Shown: one piece after another, positions 1 to 12,309 of the stretch
Position numbering within the stretch: position 1 is the stretch's first letter
Layout of the letters: each line of letters opens with the position of its first letter
Source: an uncultured Gammaproteobacteria bacterium
Lineage (GTDB): Bacteria > Pseudomonadota > Gammaproteobacteria > JACCXJ01
NCBI GenBank assembly: GCA_963764725.1
Contig: CAVXTM010000010.1
Span: forward strand, 207,989 to 271,988
Reading direction: 5' to 3'
Length of the DNA: 64,000 nt
Notes under the pieces: generated by a model
Database searches by the model: none
Told to the model about the DNA's origin: nothing
The model's input: only the letters and a program-made list of their open reading frames with translations
Position numbers and translations under genes: made by a program

Positions 1-3000
1 CCCATCTGCGGCCGGTGCAGGATCTGCGAGAAATCCAAGCCCTTCGCCTTCCAGTGCACGATGGCCTTCTTCATATCCAGCTTGTCCACCCGTCCGATCA
101 TCTCGTCCACGGTACGGAAGCCGAGCCGTGACATGTTCTCGCGGATCTCCTGGGCGATGAAACGGAAAAAGTTTTCAACAAACTTGGGCTCACCGTTGAA
201 CTTTTTGCGAAGCTCCGGATCCTGGGTCGCGATGCCGACCGGACAGGTGTTGAGGTGGCAGACGCGCATCATGATACAACCCATGACCACGAGCGGCGCG
301 GTCGAGAAACCGTATTCCTCGGCGCCGAGGAGAGCGGCGATCACCACATCGCGTCCCGTCTTGAGTTGGCCGTCGGTCTGCACCACGATGCGGTCGCGGA
401 GCTTGTTCATGACCAATACCTGCTGGGTTTCCGCGAGACCGAGCTCCCAAGGCACCCCGGCATGCTTGAGCGAGGTTACGGGCGAGGCCCCGGTGCCTCC
501 ATCGTAGCCCGATATCAGTACCACATCGGCGTGCGCCTTGGCGACGCCGGCGGCGATGGTTCCAACGCCAACCTCCGCCACGAGCTTGACGTGGATGCGC
601 GCTCGTGGATTCGAGTTCTTGAGATCGTAGATGAGCTGGGCGAGGTCCTCGATCGAGTAGATATCGTGATGCGGGGGCGGTGAAATCAAACCGACCCCCG
701 GTGTCGAAAAACGTACCTTGGCGATCCAAGGATAGACCTTGTGTCCGGGTAACTGTCCGCCCTCGCCGGGCTTTGCGCCTTGGGCGATCTTGATCTGGAC
801 GTCATCGGCATTAACGAGGTACTCGCTGGTGACGCCGAAGCGGCCCGAGGCCACCTGTTTGACGGCGCTGCGGCGCAAGTCTCCGTTCGCATCGGGTTTG
901 AAGCGCGCGGGATCTTCGCCGCCTTCGCCGGTGTTGGATTTGGCGCCCATACGGTTCATGGCGATTGCGAGCGTCTCGTGCGCTTCTTGGCTGATCGAGC
1001 CATAGGACATCGCGCCGGTCGCGAAGCGCTTGAGGATCGATTCCGCCGGCTCCACTTCTTCCAGCGGGATTGGATTTTCCGCCAGCTTGAATTCGAACAA
1101 GCCACGCAAGGTAGCCAGGTTCTCGTTCTGTTCGTCAACTAGGCGGGTGTACTCCTTGAAGACTTTGTATTGTCCGGTACGCGTCGCATGCTGCAGCTTG
1201 AAAACCGTCTCGGGATTGAAGAGATGGTACTCGCCGTCGCGCCGCCACTGATATTCGCCGCCCCAGTCGAGATCGGGTTTCCCGGCCGGACGCTCCGTGA
1301 ACGCGCGGTGGTGGCGCAACGCGATCTCCTTGGCGATCACCTCGAGCCCAATCCCGCCGATACGCGACGCGGTCCGGGTAAAGTAGGCATCGACTAATTC
1401 CTGCTCTAATCCCACGGCCTCGAAGATCTGGGCGCCACGATAGGATTGGATCGTGGAGATCCCCACTTTGGATATGACCTTGAGCACGCCCTTGTTCAAG
1501 GCCTTGATGTAGTTTTTCACCGCTCGGGCCTGATCGACGCCTTCCAACAGCCCCTGATGAATCATGTCGTCGAGGGTCTCAAATGCCAAATAGGGATTGA
1601 TGGCGCCGGCCCCGTAACCGATGAGCACGGCGGCATGATGAACCTCGCGCGGCTCGCCGGTTTCCACAACCAGGCCCGCCTTGACGCGCGTGCCTTCGCG
1701 GACCAGATGGTGATGCACGCCGGCGGTCGCGAGTAACGCCGGTATCGGTGCGAAATGCTCGTTGACGCCGCGATCGGAGAGAATGATGTAGGTCGATCCC
1801 TCGCCGATGGCTTGGCTCGCACACGCGCAGATATCCTGCATGGCCCGTGCGAGCCCGCTGCCGCCGTCGGCGGCCGGGAACAAGATCGGAATGGTTACCG
1901 AGCGAAATCCAGGCAGATCGAGGTGGCGGATCTTAGCGAGCTCGCGGTTGTCGAGGATCGGCGTTTTGAGTTTTAATAACCGGCAGCTCTCGGGTCCGGG
2001 GGCGAGCAGGTTGCCTTCGGGTCCGATGGGGGTCTCGGTCTGGGTGACCAACTCTTCGCGAATACCGTCGAGAGGCGGGTTCGTCACCTGCGCGAAAAGC
2101 TGCTTAAAGTAATCGTAGAGCAATCTCGGGCGATTCGATAGCACCGCCAGCGCGGCGTCCGTGCCCATCGACCCGATGGGCTCTTCGCCGGTCTTCGCCA
2201 TGGGCGCCATGATGAGCCGCAGATCCTCGTGCGTATACCCAAACGCTTGCTGCCGCCTGAGGACCGTTGCGTGATCGGGTTCGTGCACTTCGGGCGGCTC
2301 GGGTAACTGTTCGAGCGGCACGATGCTCTGCGAGAGCCATGCGCGGTAGGGGTGGGCACTCGCAAAGGTGTGCTTGAGCTCCGCGTCATCGATGATGCGT
2401 CCTTCGCGGGTATCGACGAGGAAGATACGTCCGGGGTGCAGGCGTTCCTTAATCAAAACGTTTTCCGGTGGAATGTCCAGTACACCCACCTCGGAGGCCA
2501 TGACCACTATACCGTCCTTGGTGACGTAGTAACGAGACGGGCGCAAACCGTTCCGATCAAGCACCGCGCCGATCACTGTTCCATCCGTGAACGCTATGGA
2601 AGCGGGCCCGTCCCAGGGCTCCATCAGGCAGCCGTGGTAGTCGTAAAATGCCTTGCGTTCATCGTTCATCGACTCATGTCCGCTCCAGGCCTCCGGGATC
2701 ATCATCAGTACCGCGTGCGCGAGCGGACGGCCGCTCATATGCAAGAACTCCAGCACGTTATCGAAGCACCCCGAATCGCTGCCCTCCTCATCGATGATCG
2801 GGAACAGCTTTTTGAGGTCCTCGCCAAAAAGGGGCGAAGCGCAAAGCGCCTCTCGGGCACGCATCCAATTGATATTGCCTCGCAAGGTGTTGATCTCGCC
2901 GTTGTGGGCGATGTAGCGGAACGGTTGCGCGAGCGGCCAGGAGGGAAAGGTATTCGTCGAAAAGCGCTGATGCACTAAGGCCAGCGCGGATTCGACGGCC

Positions 3001-3665
3001 GGATCGACGATATCGGGAAACATCGCTTCGATTTGATTCCCGGTCAACATCCCCTTGTAAATCAGTGTGCGGCACGACAGGCTTGGGATGTAGAACATGT
3101 CACGCTCGGACAGATCGGAGCCCCGGACTGCGTGCTCAATGCGTTTGCGGATCACATATAAGCGGCGTTCGAAGGCGGCCTCATCGCCGATCTTCGCCGA
3201 GCAGCCGATGAACACTTGCTTGAAGCCCGGTTCCACGGCTTGCGCCGAGGCGCCGATGAGCGTGTCGTCGGCGGGGACCGCCCTCCAGCCGAGCACCCGC
3301 TGACCTTCCTCTCTTATGATGGCCTCGAAACGATCGCGGCACACCCGCGCTTGGGCCGGGTCCCGCGGCAGAAAGACCAAGCCAGCGCCGTACTGGCCGA
3401 GGGCCGGCAGGTTTATCCCGAGTGTGGCGCATTCGCGGGCGAGAAACCCGTGTGGTATTTGCAGCAGTATGCCGCAGCCGTCGCCGGTATTGACTTCACA
3501 CCCGCACGCGCCGCGATGCATGAGATTTTTTAGGATCGTCAATGCTTGCATCACGATGGTATGGGATTGTCTCCCCTTTATGTCGGCCACGAAGCCGACA
3601 CCGCAAGCGTCATGCTCGAATGCAGGGTCATAAAGACCCTCTTTCGCATGTCCAACCCAATGCAT
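1..3665 (-). CDS. gltB: Glutamate synthase large subunit (5' part; runs off the left edge)
   Basis: Manual minus-strand translation from ATG 3665 gives [31 protein letters not shown]...[16 protein letters not shown] (Ntn amidotransferase start). FMN-domain motifs occur further on ([30 protein letters not shown]). Absent from the ORF track because no stop lies in the window. Confidence 0.97.
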   Translation of the reverse strand, partial: MHWVGHAKEGLYDPAFEHDACGVGFVADIKGRQSHTIVMQALTILKNLMHRGACGCEVNTGDGCGILLQIPHGFLARECATLGINLPALGQYGAGLVFLPRDPAQARVCRDRFEAIIREEGQRVLGWRAVPADDTLIGASAQAVEPGFKQVFIGCSAKIGDEAAFERRLYVIRKRIEHAVRGSDLSERDMFYIPSLSCRTLIYKGMLTGNQIEAMFPDIVDPAVESALALVHQRFSTNTFPSWPLAQPFRYIAHNGEINTLRGNINWMRAREALCASPLFGEDLKKLFPIIDEEGSDSGCFDNVLEFLHMSGRPLAHAVLMMIPEAWSGHESMNDERKAFYDYHGCLMEPWDGPASIAFTDGTVIGAVLDRNGLRPSRYYVTKDGIVVMASEVGVLDIPPENVLIKERLHPGRIFLVDTREGRIIDDAELKHTFASAHPYRAWLSQSIVPLEQLPEPPEVHEPDHATVLRRQQAFGYTHEDLRLIMAPMAKTGEEPIGSMGTDAALAVLSNRPRLLYDYFKQLFAQVTNPPLDGIREELVTQTETPIGPEGNLLAPGPESCRLLKLKTPILDNRELAKIRHLDLPGFRSVTIPILFPAADGGSGLARAMQDICACASQAIGEGSTYIILSDRGVNEHFAPIPALLATAGVHHHLVREGTRVKAGLVVETGEPREVHHAAVLIGYGAGAINPYLAFETLDDMIHQGLLEGVDQARAVKNYIKALNKGVLKVISKVGISTIQSYRGAQIFEAVGLEQELVDAYFTRTASRIGGIGLEVIAKEIALRHHRAFTERPAGKPDLDWGGEYQWRRDGEYHLFNPETVFKLQHATRTGQYKVFKEYTRLVDEQNENLATLRGLFEFKLAENPIPLEEVEPAESILKRFATGAMSYGSISQEAHETLAIAMNRMGAKSNTGEGGEDPARFKPDANGDLRRSAVKQVASGRFGVTSEYLVNADDVQIKIAQGAKPGEGGQLPGHKVYPWIAKVRFSTPGVGLISPPPHHDIYSIEDLAQLIYDLKNSNPRARIHVKLVAEVGVGTIAAGVAKAHADVVLISGYDGGTGASPVTSLKHAGVPWELGLAETQQVLVMNKLRDRIVVQTDGQLKTGRDVVIAALLGAEEYGFSTAPLVVMGCIMMRVCHLNTCPVGIATQDPELRKKFNGEPKFVENFFRFIAQEIRENMSRLGFRTVDEMIGRVDKLDMKKAIVHWKAKGLDFSQILHRPQM

Positions 3666-3940
3666 AGCTACGTCACCACCCTGATGAGTTAAAACTCGAA
3701 TATTACTTACGTGTTTATTCGAGATCATGGGCATAAGCGCCTAGCGCAGAGATCCGCCTAGGCATGTCTATACGAGCCCCTCTCCGGGTCCTGTCTAGCC
3801 ACGACCGGCACATGAGTATATAACCGCGATTCGGGAGTGTCACGGCGTTCGCGTTAATGCCTTTTCAACCTATGGCTTTTCGATGGTAGCGCGGCGGGGC
3901 GACAAATTAGCCCCTTTCGTGCTCGCTTGAGCGTTGGGAA

Positions 3941-5386
3941 CTACCGCTGCGGCGGGTTTCCCAGCGCTTTCAAGTCGGCGATTCGCCGCGGCCAGGGTTG
4001 TTGGGCTTGTATCGCCTTGGGTAAGGTTCGCACGGCCGCGCTTGCGGCGCGGCGATCGGGGAACGGACCGAGGACGACGAGGTACCACGCCTGACCCTTG
4101 CGCCGGATCGCAACCACGCGCGCCCGGCCGCCGAGCTGATGCTGTGCCAGGAACCGTTCGCCGGCAGCCGGATCCCGGATCGCAAGCAGTTGTAACACGT
4201 ACTGGTCGGGTGGGGGTGGCCGCGGGAGCGTCAGCACAGGTTCGATCCGGGCGTTTTCTCCGGCCGTGGGTGCGGCGAGGCCGGATTTGAGCCTCGGTTG
4301 GCTAATCTTCGGCGATTGCGGCGGCGCGGCGGCAAGCGGCGCTTGTTTCGGCGGGGAAAGCTCGATCGGCGGCGGATCCTCGGAAGGGAGGCGAAGGAAT
4401 CGGTCTTGGAGGGAGTCGACCGCGATAATGACACTCGCCGCGGCGAGCAATGCGGCGACGGTGTTAAGACGCCATTGGTACTTCGCGATGGAACCGAAGC
4501 GCGGCGAGGATTCTTCATGCTCACTCCCGGTGGGCGATGGTTGCTTGACGGTTTGCCGCATGAGGTGATCGATGCGTCCGGGGGATCCGGCGGATCCCCC
4601 ATGTATTCGCGCGGCCTCGGTCCCGTCCAGCGGCAGAAAGCTCGCTAAGCCCCGGCGGTTGTAGCGGGCCTCGAGATAGGCCCGCGTCTGCTCGAGGGTA
4701 AAAGACGGCATATACAAAATATGGACGATAGTCTCTCGCAGGGACTGGAGCTCCGGGGCCTCAAGTATGGTGTTAATGTGCGGCTCACACAGCAAGACAA
4801 CACGCAACGCGTCAAGCTTGGAGCGTCCGCGCGCAAACAGGAGCTTGAGCGCATCGGCGGGCAGCTCATGGGCGTCATCAACGAATAACACCGTAATGAG
4901 ACTACTTTTTTCACGCTGACGGAGGATCGCGCCGATCGCCTCGGTCAATGCCTCGCGATCCGCTCCCACCGCGCTGGCGCCGACCGAGGCCGCGAGGTCC
5001 CTCAGGAGCGAGCGGGAGTCGAGCATGGGATTCGCATTAAATCGCGTTACTAACCAGGTGTCCGGCGCCCGCGCTAGCACTTGGTCGGCGAGCGTGGTTT
5101 TTCCGCTCTGGCGCTCGCCGATCACGAGCAGTAGCCGATCGCTGTGGTCGATAAGGTGGCGGATGAGCTCCAGCCGTTGCGTCAAGGCCGGTGTTGTGAA
5201 GTAGAACTCCGCTTCGGGCCCGGGCGACGTTTCTCCAGGGTGGTCCGGAGCAGGCGCTTCGGGGACGCGCACCGCTATGCGCTCACGCGCCGGCCTATCC
5301 AGCGCGGCGGTTTGAATACCGCATTTAGGCGGGGAGGGGCTCCGCACGACATGCGGCGAGTGTATGACGCAAGCAGCCTCTGTCAT
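3941..5386 (-). CDS. AAA ATPase (ExeA-like) with C-terminal SPOR domain, DamX-like
   Basis: Walker A GERQSGKT, Walker B VLFVDDAH, a TM segment and a C-terminal SPOR-like domain (YVLQLLA...WYLVVLGPF). Lies in the conserved aroK-aroB-damX-gltB position. The true start may be downstream of 5386 because the ORF overlaps aroB. Confidence 0.8.
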   Translation of the reverse strand: MTEAACVIHSPHVVRSPSPPKCGIQTAALDRPARERIAVRVPEAPAPDHPGETSPGPEAEFYFTTPALTQRLELIRHLIDHSDRLLLVIGERQSGKTTLADQVLARAPDTWLVTRFNANPMLDSRSLLRDLAASVGASAVGADREALTEAIGAILRQREKSSLITVLFVDDAHELPADALKLLFARGRSKLDALRVVLLCEPHINTILEAPELQSLRETIVHILYMPSFTLEQTRAYLEARYNRRGLASFLPLDGTEAARIHGGSAGSPGRIDHLMRQTVKQPSPTGSEHEESSPRFGSIAKYQWRLNTVAALLAAASVIIAVDSLQDRFLRLPSEDPPPIELSPPKQAPLAAAPPQSPKISQPRLKSGLAAPTAGENARIEPVLTLPRPPPPDQYVLQLLAIRDPAAGERFLAQHQLGGRARVVAIRRKGQAWYLVVLGPFPDRRAASAAVRTLPKAIQAQQPWPRRIADLKALGNPPQR

Positions 5387-6413
5387 AGTCCCCCGTGACG
5401 ACCGCCTGACCGATTTTCTTCAGTAACACGAGACGAAGGGTGCCGTCCAGAGCTTTTTTGTCGACTGCCATGAGACGCAACATCCGATCGGTGGAGAGCG
5501 GGCAGCGCACAGGTAACTCCGCCTGTCGCAGCAGGGACTCGATGCGCCTTAATTCGTCTTCGCCCAGCCAACCGAGCCGCACCGACAGATCCGCGGCCAT
5601 GGAAAGCCCGGCCGCAACGGCTTCCCCGTGCAACCAGGCGCCATAGCCGAGGCCGGTCTCGATGGCATGGCCGAAGGTGTGGCCAAGATTGAGCATTGCG
5701 CGCATGCCGGACTCGCGCTCGTCGGCGGCGACGACCTCGGCTTTGATAGCACACGAGCGCTCGATGACATAACTAAGCGCCGCGGGATCGCGTCCCAGGA
5801 GGCGCGGCAGGTAACTCTCCAGCCACGCAAAGAAATCGCCATCGCGGATGAGGCCGTACTTGATCACTTCGGCCAAACCGGCCCGGAATTCTCTGGGATG
5901 TAGGGTGACCAGCGTATCGATGTCGGCGATGACGCAACGGGGCTGGTGGAAAGCCCCGATCATGTTCTTCCCGAGCCGATGATTCACGCCCGTTTTTCCG
6001 CCGACCGACGAGTCAACTTGGGACAAAAGCGTGGTCGGGATCTGGACAAAATTCACGCCACGCTGATAGCAAGCCGCGGCAAATCCGGTAATATCCCCGA
6101 CCACCCCGCCGCCAAGCGCGATCAAGGTACAGCGCCGATCAAAGCGGCGTTCCAGCAGTGCGGTGATGATGCGGTTCATGGTCTCGAGCGTCTTGTATTC
6201 TTCTCCGTCGGGAAGAGTCACGCTGCCGGTATCGTAATCGCTGAGATGCGCCGTCACCCGAGCCATATAGAGCGGCGCCACGGTCTCGTTCGACACGATC
6301 ATCACCTGCGCATCAGGGAGATAGGGGGTGAGGAGCGCGCGCCTATCGATCAAGCCCGCGCCGATGAAAATCGGATAGCTACGCGGGCCGAGCTCTAGGC
6401 GCAGGGTCTTCAT
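5325..6413 (-). CDS. aroB: 3-dehydroquinate synthase
   Basis: Motifs [40 protein letters not shown]. Confidence 0.98.
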   Translation of the reverse strand: MKTLRLELGPRSYPIFIGAGLIDRRALLTPYLPDAQVMIVSNETVAPLYMARVTAHLSDYDTGSVTLPDGEEYKTLETMNRIITALLERRFDRRCTLIALGGGVVGDITGFAAACYQRGVNFVQIPTTLLSQVDSSVGGKTGVNHRLGKNMIGAFHQPRCVIADIDTLVTLHPREFRAGLAEVIKYGLIRDGDFFAWLESYLPRLLGRDPAALSYVIERSCAIKAEVVAADERESGMRAMLNLGHTFGHAIETGLGYGAWLHGEAVAAGLSMAADLSVRLGWLGEDELRRIESLLRQAELPVRCPLSTDRMLRLMAVDKKALDGTLRLVLLKKIGQAVVTGDYDRGCLRHTLAACRAEPLPA

Positions 6414-6934
6414 CGCTGTTCGACGAAATGACGGATCTCGGTGATGACCTGCCTTAGCGTGCGGCCGTCGGTATTGATGACCAGGTCCGCAACCTCGCGA
6501 TAGAGCGGATCGCGGTGTCTAAGAAGCTCCTGCAACGTGTGCTGCGGATCCACCGTCTGCAATAACGGACGATTGATATCCCGGCGCGTGCGTGTAAACA
6601 GCCGATCGGCCGAGGCCCGCAAGTACACGGCTATCCCGCGAGTCTTAATACACTCCCGATTGTAGGCATCGATTACGGCGCCACCCCCGGTGGCTAGTAC
6701 CATGTTTTGCTGCAGCGTGAGCTCGTCGATGATCTTGCTTTCCCGACGGCGAAAGCCCGCTTCTCCTTCGATGTCGAAAATGAGCGCCACACTGGCTCCG
6801 GTCCTTGCTTCTATTTCACGATCGCTGTCGTGAAACTCCTTAACCATGGATCGCGCAAGCTGCCGCCCGATGGTAGTCTTACCGGCGCCCATCGGTCCGA
6901 TGAGAAAGATATTACCGGATTGACACGAAAGCAA
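6410..6934 (-). CDS. aroK: Shikimate kinase
   Basis: Motifs [33 protein letters not shown]; directly upstream of aroB. Confidence 0.97.
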   Translation of the reverse strand: MLSCQSGNIFLIGPMGAGKTTIGRQLARSMVKEFHDSDREIEARTGASVALIFDIEGEAGFRRRESKIIDELTLQQNMVLATGGGAVIDAYNRECIKTRGIAVYLRASADRLFTRTRRDINRPLLQTVDPQHTLQELLRHRDPLYREVADLVINTDGRTLRQVITEIRHFVEQR

Positions 6935-7071
6935 CGCTTGAGGATCTCGTTGAAAGACTCGGCACGATCACTGTACCGGTTCGTTGGAAACGACGCAAAC
7001 CGCCCGGATGCGGCTCATCCCTGAGCCGTGCTGGAACTCTAGATCCCCCCGGGTGGCGCTTGCGGAGGGCG

Positions 7072-9255
7072 TTACCTCAAGCTCAAGGATTCCTTGATGA
7101 TGCGCGGGGTGACGAAGATCAACAACTCGTCCTTGTTGCGCACATTCGCCGAATTCTTGAACAGCGGCCCGACATACGGCAGCTCTCCGAAGAACGGGAC
7201 CCGTCGTGAATTGTTGCTATTAGTCTGTTCATAGACCCCTCCTAGTACCACCGTCTCGCCGTTATCGACCAGCACTTCGCTCTGGACGTTGCGAGTATCG
7301 ATACAGGGGACATCCGCGATGGCGCATTGGAAGGGCGCGTCTTTATGGACATTGAGGCTCATGTTGATGCGATCATCCGGGGTAATGTGCGGGGTCACCC
7401 GCAGGCTCAACACGGCTTTTTTGAAGCTGATGGATGTGGCACCACTCGATGACGCCTCCCTATAGGGGACCTCGGTGCCCTGTTCGATGACGGCTTCTTT
7501 TTGATCGGCCGTGATTACGCGCGGGCTCGAGATGATCTCCCCGCGTCCTTCGGCTTGAAGTGCGGAAAGTTCGAGCTGCAGTAAATAACTCCCAATCTTT
7601 CCGATCGCCAACCCGATCGCGCCCGCGGGGGTGGAAGCCGTGGGCAGGTCAACGATGAAGTCCTCGAGGTCATCGGTCGAGAACGCCGTCGTTTCGCCGA
7701 AATCGGTGTCGCCTGGCCGCTTACCACCAACCACCACGCCAAAATTATCCGTGGATAACCCGGAATTCTTGCTGTAACCGAATTTAACCCCGAGCTCCTT
7801 GGTGAAATCCTGGTTTGCGATCACGATGCGTGATTCGATCAGCACCTGCCGTACGGGCACATCCAGGGTCGTGATCACCTGGCGCATCTCCGCCAATTTC
7901 TCGGCCGTCTCTTGAATCAAAAGCGTATTGGTGCGCTGGTCAACCGAGACATTACCGCGTTCGGTCAAAAGCTTGTTTTCCTCAGCCTTGAGGAGGGTTG
8001 CGAGATCCCCCGCCTTGGCATAGTTAATCTCGACGAACTCGGTCCTAAGCGGCGCCAGTTCGGCGATTTGCTTTTGTGTCTCAAGCTCGAGTTTTTCGCG
8101 CTGCGCGATCTCCTCTTGCGGTGCGACCATGATGACGTTGCCGGCCTTCCGCATTCCCAGCCCCTTGGATTTTAGGATGATCTCCAGGCCTTGATCCCAA
8201 GGCACGTTCTTTAGCCGCAAGGTCACATTACCGGTCACCGTATCCGAGGCGACCAGATTGAGGCCGGTAAAGTCAGCGATGAGCTGCAATACCGCCCGGA
8301 CCTCGATGTCCTGGAAATTCAAGGACAGCCGTTCCCCGGTATAGCCGAACTTCGCCTTCTTCACCGCTTCTTCTTGCTCCTTGGTGAGCGGTTTTACTTC
8401 CACCGTGAGGATGTTATCGGATTGGTAGGCCAGGTGCTCGTAGTATCCGGTGGGTGTAATGGCCATGCGGATCCCGCCTTCGTAAGCGAAGCTGTCGATT
8501 TCTTTCACCGGCGTTGCAAAATCCAGTACGTCGAGACGCCGATCGAGGCGCTCCGGCAAGCGAGCATCGACAAAATCAATCAGGATCTGATTGCCTTCTT
8601 CATGTATATTCGAGGCAATTGATGCGTCCGACAATACCACCACGACACGCGCCTCGCCCCCCTCGCCACGCCGGAAGTCGATGTCCTTGATATGGGGTCC
8701 GCGCAGTGCGGGTTCCGGCGGGGCTTTCGGTACCTGTGCGGTGGGCGTGGGATGCGCCGCGACGGGCTGTCTTAGGGGCGCGGGCCGCGCCGCTGTTACG
8801 GCTGCCGGCGTAGCACCACCTAGCGTTATCACCACCGCGTTTCCGTCTTTTCTCAACTGGTAGGGAACCAACCGTACCAGGTTCAGTACGACGCGGGTGC
8901 GTCCACCCGCCTCTACGGCACTCACGCTTTGCGCCGGTCCAATTCCGATGGCGCGATGCTTCGCGGATAGGTTTATACGCGTCTCAGGTAGATCGAGGGC
9001 GATGCGCGCCGGGTTATCGATCGTAAAAGTGAGCGGATCTCGCGCTAGGGGATTCGAAAGCTGTAATCGAATTTGCACCTCGTCCCCCGGCAGGGTCGTA
9101 AAGGTGACCGCATCTAGGCTGTTTTGGGCCGCCCATGCCATGGACGACAGCGTCAACGCCAAGCTCAGCGCGATGCTGCTCCCTACCCTTGACGCCACAT
9201 CCCGCAACTCGGTTCCAATCATTTCGTGAATCCCCCAATATCGGTGTGTATTCAT
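7072..9255 (-). CDS. pilQ: Type IV pilus secretin
   Basis: AMIN domains, YTGERLSLNFQDIEVR, VPWDQ and secretin C-terminus (GETVVLGG...ELLIFVTPRI). Confidence 0.97.
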   Translation of the reverse strand: MNTHRYWGIHEMIGTELRDVASRVGSSIALSLALTLSSMAWAAQNSLDAVTFTTLPGDEVQIRLQLSNPLARDPLTFTIDNPARIALDLPETRINLSAKHRAIGIGPAQSVSAVEAGGRTRVVLNLVRLVPYQLRKDGNAVVITLGGATPAAVTAARPAPLRQPVAAHPTPTAQVPKAPPEPALRGPHIKDIDFRRGEGGEARVVVVLSDASIASNIHEEGNQILIDFVDARLPERLDRRLDVLDFATPVKEIDSFAYEGGIRMAITPTGYYEHLAYQSDNILTVEVKPLTKEQEEAVKKAKFGYTGERLSLNFQDIEVRAVLQLIADFTGLNLVASDTVTGNVTLRLKNVPWDQGLEIILKSKGLGMRKAGNVIMVAPQEEIAQREKLELETQKQIAELAPLRTEFVEINYAKAGDLATLLKAEENKLLTERGNVSVDQRTNTLLIQETAEKLAEMRQVITTLDVPVRQVLIESRIVIANQDFTKELGVKFGYSKNSGLSTDNFGVVVGGKRPGDTDFGETTAFSTDDLEDFIVDLPTASTPAGAIGLAIGKIGSYLLQLELSALQAEGRGEIISSPRVITADQKEAVIEQGTEVPYREASSSGATSISFKKAVLSLRVTPHITPDDRINMSLNVHKDAPFQCAIADVPCIDTRNVQSEVLVDNGETVVLGGVYEQTNSNNSRRVPFFGELPYVGPLFKNSANVRNKDELLIFVTPRIIKESLSLR

Positions 9256-9273
9256 GTGTCTACCCCTCCAGGC

Positions 9274-9849
9274 CTACTCTTCTTCGTCCAAAAGCGCCAG
9301 GGACGCGGCGCGTTCCTCCCAGCTGCCCTGCATATCGCCGATGATTTCGCGTACTTCGATTTTATCTTCGGCGATATTGATGATTCTGCCGAAGTTTTTC
9401 CCCATGTAATTCCCTACCTTCACGCGATGGACCGTGCCTTCTTGGTCGAGCACGACTCCCCAGAAATCAGCGCTGTTCTGAAGGGTTCCAACCATGCGTA
9501 AGCCGTCTAGCTCGAAGTTTTCGAGCTCCTCGGGGTTATGGGTTTCAATTTCTTCGATGTATTTTCTTTGCGCGTCGGACACGTTCCTTTCAATGTTGGT
9601 GCTGCGTTTCGTCTCAAAGAACGGCTCAAACGGATCGCGCGCGTCGGCCTCCCCAGATTGGTACAGGTAGCGCTCATAGGGCTTGATCTCCGGAAGAGGG
9701 TCGATGGTGCCCCCTTTGCGGCTCAGGACCTCGGCGACGTAAGCTTGCAGATCACTTAGGTCATCGGATCCGCACCCGCTTAGTAGGAAGGCGGTGGCGA
9801 CAAGCGCCCCGCGCATGGTGTACTGGAGAAACTGTTTCTGGTGGCTCAT
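9274..9849 (-). CDS. pilP: Type IV pilus lipoprotein PilP
   Basis: Lipobox LLSGC, RDPF, LRMVGTL, VKVGNYMGKNFGRI; operon position. Confidence 0.95.
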   Translation of the reverse strand: MSHQKQFLQYTMRGALVATAFLLSGCGSDDLSDLQAYVAEVLSRKGGTIDPLPEIKPYERYLYQSGEADARDPFEPFFETKRSTNIERNVSDAQRKYIEEIETHNPEELENFELDGLRMVGTLQNSADFWGVVLDQEGTVHRVKVGNYMGKNFGRIINIAEDKIEVREIIGDMQGSWEERAASLALLDEEE

Positions 9850-10484
9850 GATTGCGATGGTTTCGTAGCAGTTGGATTCGGAGTTTGTGGCTGCTGTGCG
9901 GCCTCCTCTTCTTCGCCAAGATAACGGTACGTCTTGGCGATCGATTCCATGATCAAACCGCCCTTATCCTTTGCCTTTATCTTGATGTCATGCTGGGTGA
10001 CGATGCGTGGTAGATCAGCCACGCCGCTGACAAACTGTCCGAGCTGGTGATAACTGCCGGTCACGCGAACGTTAATCGGTAACTCGACATAAAACTCGGC
10101 CGGTTGCTCGGCCCCGGGCTTAAACAGCTCGAACTCGAGCCCAGCGCCCAGTCCTTGCTGAGAGATGTCGACGAGCAGCGCGGCGACCTCGGTTTTACTA
10201 GGGAGGCGCTTTAGCATATCGCCAAACGACTGCTTGATATCTTGCAGTTGCTCCTTGAGGGCATCGAGATTCACGACCTTGCTCTGCTTGGTCTCGAAAT
10301 CCTGCTTGAGGGTTTGCTCCTTGCCTTCCACCTGTTCGAGCAGCAGGCGCTGATCGTTAATGTCAAGGTACCAGCCGAGGCCTAGCAGAACCAGGCACCC
10401 GAACCCAATCACCGCCGCCTTCGCTGGCGCCGGCCAGTTGCCGATGTTGTTGGGATCGAGATTTCGAAATTCCGACAATTTCAT
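9846..10484 (-). CDS. pilO: Type IV pilus protein PilO
   Basis: NIGNWP, LPSKTEV, FYVELPI, LPRIVT; operon position. Confidence 0.95.
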   Translation of the reverse strand: MKLSEFRNLDPNNIGNWPAPAKAAVIGFGCLVLLGLGWYLDINDQRLLLEQVEGKEQTLKQDFETKQSKVVNLDALKEQLQDIKQSFGDMLKRLPSKTEVAALLVDISQQGLGAGLEFELFKPGAEQPAEFYVELPINVRVTGSYHQLGQFVSGVADLPRIVTQHDIKIKAKDKGGLIMESIAKTYRYLGEEEEAAQQPQTPNPTATKPSQS

Positions 10485-11071
10485 GACTTTGCTCCCTTGG
10501 CATCCGCCCCCGCATAACTGGACTCCGGCTGCGCGCTTATTTGATCGATGATCAGTGTAAAGTTGTTGAGGCGCCGCCCCTTTTCATCCTTGGTTTCGAT
10601 GATGTTGAGTTGAGGCTTTTTAACCCACTTGGATGCCTCGACGTTGCGCATGAAGTTCGATACCCGCGCGTTCGATTCCGCAATCCCCTTGATCGTGATC
10701 GCGTTGCTCGACTGGGTGATTTCCGTCAGCGATATTCCTTCCGGCAGCGTGCTGACCAGCTCATCGAAGATATGTACGATGATGGGGCGGCTCGTTTGCA
10801 GGGTCTCAATGGCCCGCATGCGGTCAATGAGCCGCTGTTTTTCCTTATCCAGATCGCGGATCTCGGCAATGGTCTTGTCAAGTTTCTTGATCTCGCTTTC
10901 CAAGTATCCGTTGCGCGCTGTTTGGTAATCGATGATGTTCTGGTAAACGACATGCACCAGTCCGATGGCCGCGACAGCGCACGCGGCCGCGATTCCAGTG
11001 TTGAGCAAGAATTGCTGCTTGCGTTCGCGCCGCCGTTCTTCTCGCCAAGGTAAGAGGTTAATACGTGCCAT
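10481..11071 (-). CDS. pilN: Type IV pilus protein PilN
   Basis: N-terminal INLLPWRE motif, TM helix, GIAESNARVSNFMRN. Confidence 0.96.
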   Translation of the reverse strand: MARINLLPWREERRRERKQQFLLNTGIAAACAVAAIGLVHVVYQNIIDYQTARNGYLESEIKKLDKTIAEIRDLDKEKQRLIDRMRAIETLQTSRPIIVHIFDELVSTLPEGISLTEITQSSNAITIKGIAESNARVSNFMRNVEASKWVKKPQLNIIETKDEKGRRLNNFTLIIDQISAQPESSYAGADAKGAKS

Positions 11072-12135
11072 TAATCGAAACTCCGTAACGCTAGACCGAA
11101 AGAAGTCATCAACGCCGGGGCGTCATTGCCGAGAGCTTGCTCCTTGATCCTTGGAGCGAGCGGCATTCCGGTAAAGGGGTTCGCCACGGTGACGGCAGTT
11201 CCACACTTCGCGGCGATGAGGTCTGTGATCCCTGGTATCGAGGCGCAGCCTCCCGCCAATACCACCTGATCGACGGTCCCCACTTGGCTCGACGAATAGA
11301 AGAACTGCAACGCCCGGTTCACCTCTAGCGCCATCGTCTCCTTAAAGGGCTCGAGGACTTCCGCGATGTAATTCTCCGGTAATCCACCTTGGCGCTTCGC
11401 GTGGCCGGCCTCGTCATAGGACAGGCCGTAGCGGCGCTGAATTTCTTCCGTGAGCTGCTTCCCTCCAAACAACTGTTCCCGCGTATAAATGATCTTGAGA
11501 TCCCGCAACACACTCAGAGTCGTCGTGGTTGCCCCGATGTCAACCACCGCAACTGTATCTCCTTGTTCTAACCCCGCGCCGCCCTTGCGAAGCACATGGC
11601 CCACGGCGTTCTCGAGCGCGAACGCCTCGACATCGACAACTTTTGCGGCCAGGCCGCCCATCGCCAGCGCCGCGACGCGTACCTCCACGTTGTCGCTCCT
11701 CGATGCGGCGAGCAAGACATCGACTTTGTCCGGTTCGGTTTCCGAGGGACCCAGTACCTCGAAATCAAGACTGACCTCTTCGAGCGGATAGGGAATGTAT
11801 TGATCGGCTTCCACCCGGATCTGGTTTTCCATGTCATCTTCGGTCAGTTGAGAGGGCATGGAAATGATCTTGGTGATCACGGCGGTTCCGGAGACCGCAC
11901 AGGCCGCCGCTTTGGTCCGCGTTCCGGACTTTTTCACCGCGCGCCCGATCGCCTCGCCGACAAGTTGAACATCCGCTGTATTCCGTTCGGAGACCGAATT
12001 AGACTGCAACGGTTCGACGGCGTAGCTTTCAACCCGGTAATAGCCTTTGCTACCCCCGATTTCCAGCAGCTTCACCGAGGTGGAACTGATATCGATACCG
12101 AGCAGCAGCGTATTTTTGCGACCAAGAATAGTCAT
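11071..12135 (-). CDS. pilM: Type IV pilus actin-like ATPase PilM
   Basis: GIDISSTSVK, EADQYIPYPLEEV, VDIGATTT, LAGG. ATG at 12135 chosen for its AAGGA RBS. Confidence 0.96.
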   Translation of the reverse strand: MTILGRKNTLLLGIDISSTSVKLLEIGGSKGYYRVESYAVEPLQSNSVSERNTADVQLVGEAIGRAVKKSGTRTKAAACAVSGTAVITKIISMPSQLTEDDMENQIRVEADQYIPYPLEEVSLDFEVLGPSETEPDKVDVLLAASRSDNVEVRVAALAMGGLAAKVVDVEAFALENAVGHVLRKGGAGLEQGDTVAVVDIGATTTTLSVLRDLKIIYTREQLFGGKQLTEEIQRRYGLSYDEAGHAKRQGGLPENYIAEVLEPFKETMALEVNRALQFFYSSSQVGTVDQVVLAGGCASIPGITDLIAAKCGTAVTVANPFTGMPLAPRIKEQALGNDAPALMTSFGLALRSFD

Positions 12136-12309
12136 TTTTTTCCTTACATCGATCAATGGTTAGCGGTTGTAAAACGGAACTATTTCATTAAACTTTAGCC
12201 CCTCGGTTAGAGGTGACATGGGTTCCTTAACGAGTCGATCCGACGCGGGAAACGCTTAAGCGCCACTTTTTCTTTCATAATATACCAGTCCAAATTAGTT
12301 TGTTTCTCT

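Noticed and set aside
61-3633. Many short ORFs listed over the first 3.6 kb
   Set aside because: They are shadow ORFs of gltB, which runs off the window edge on the minus strand.
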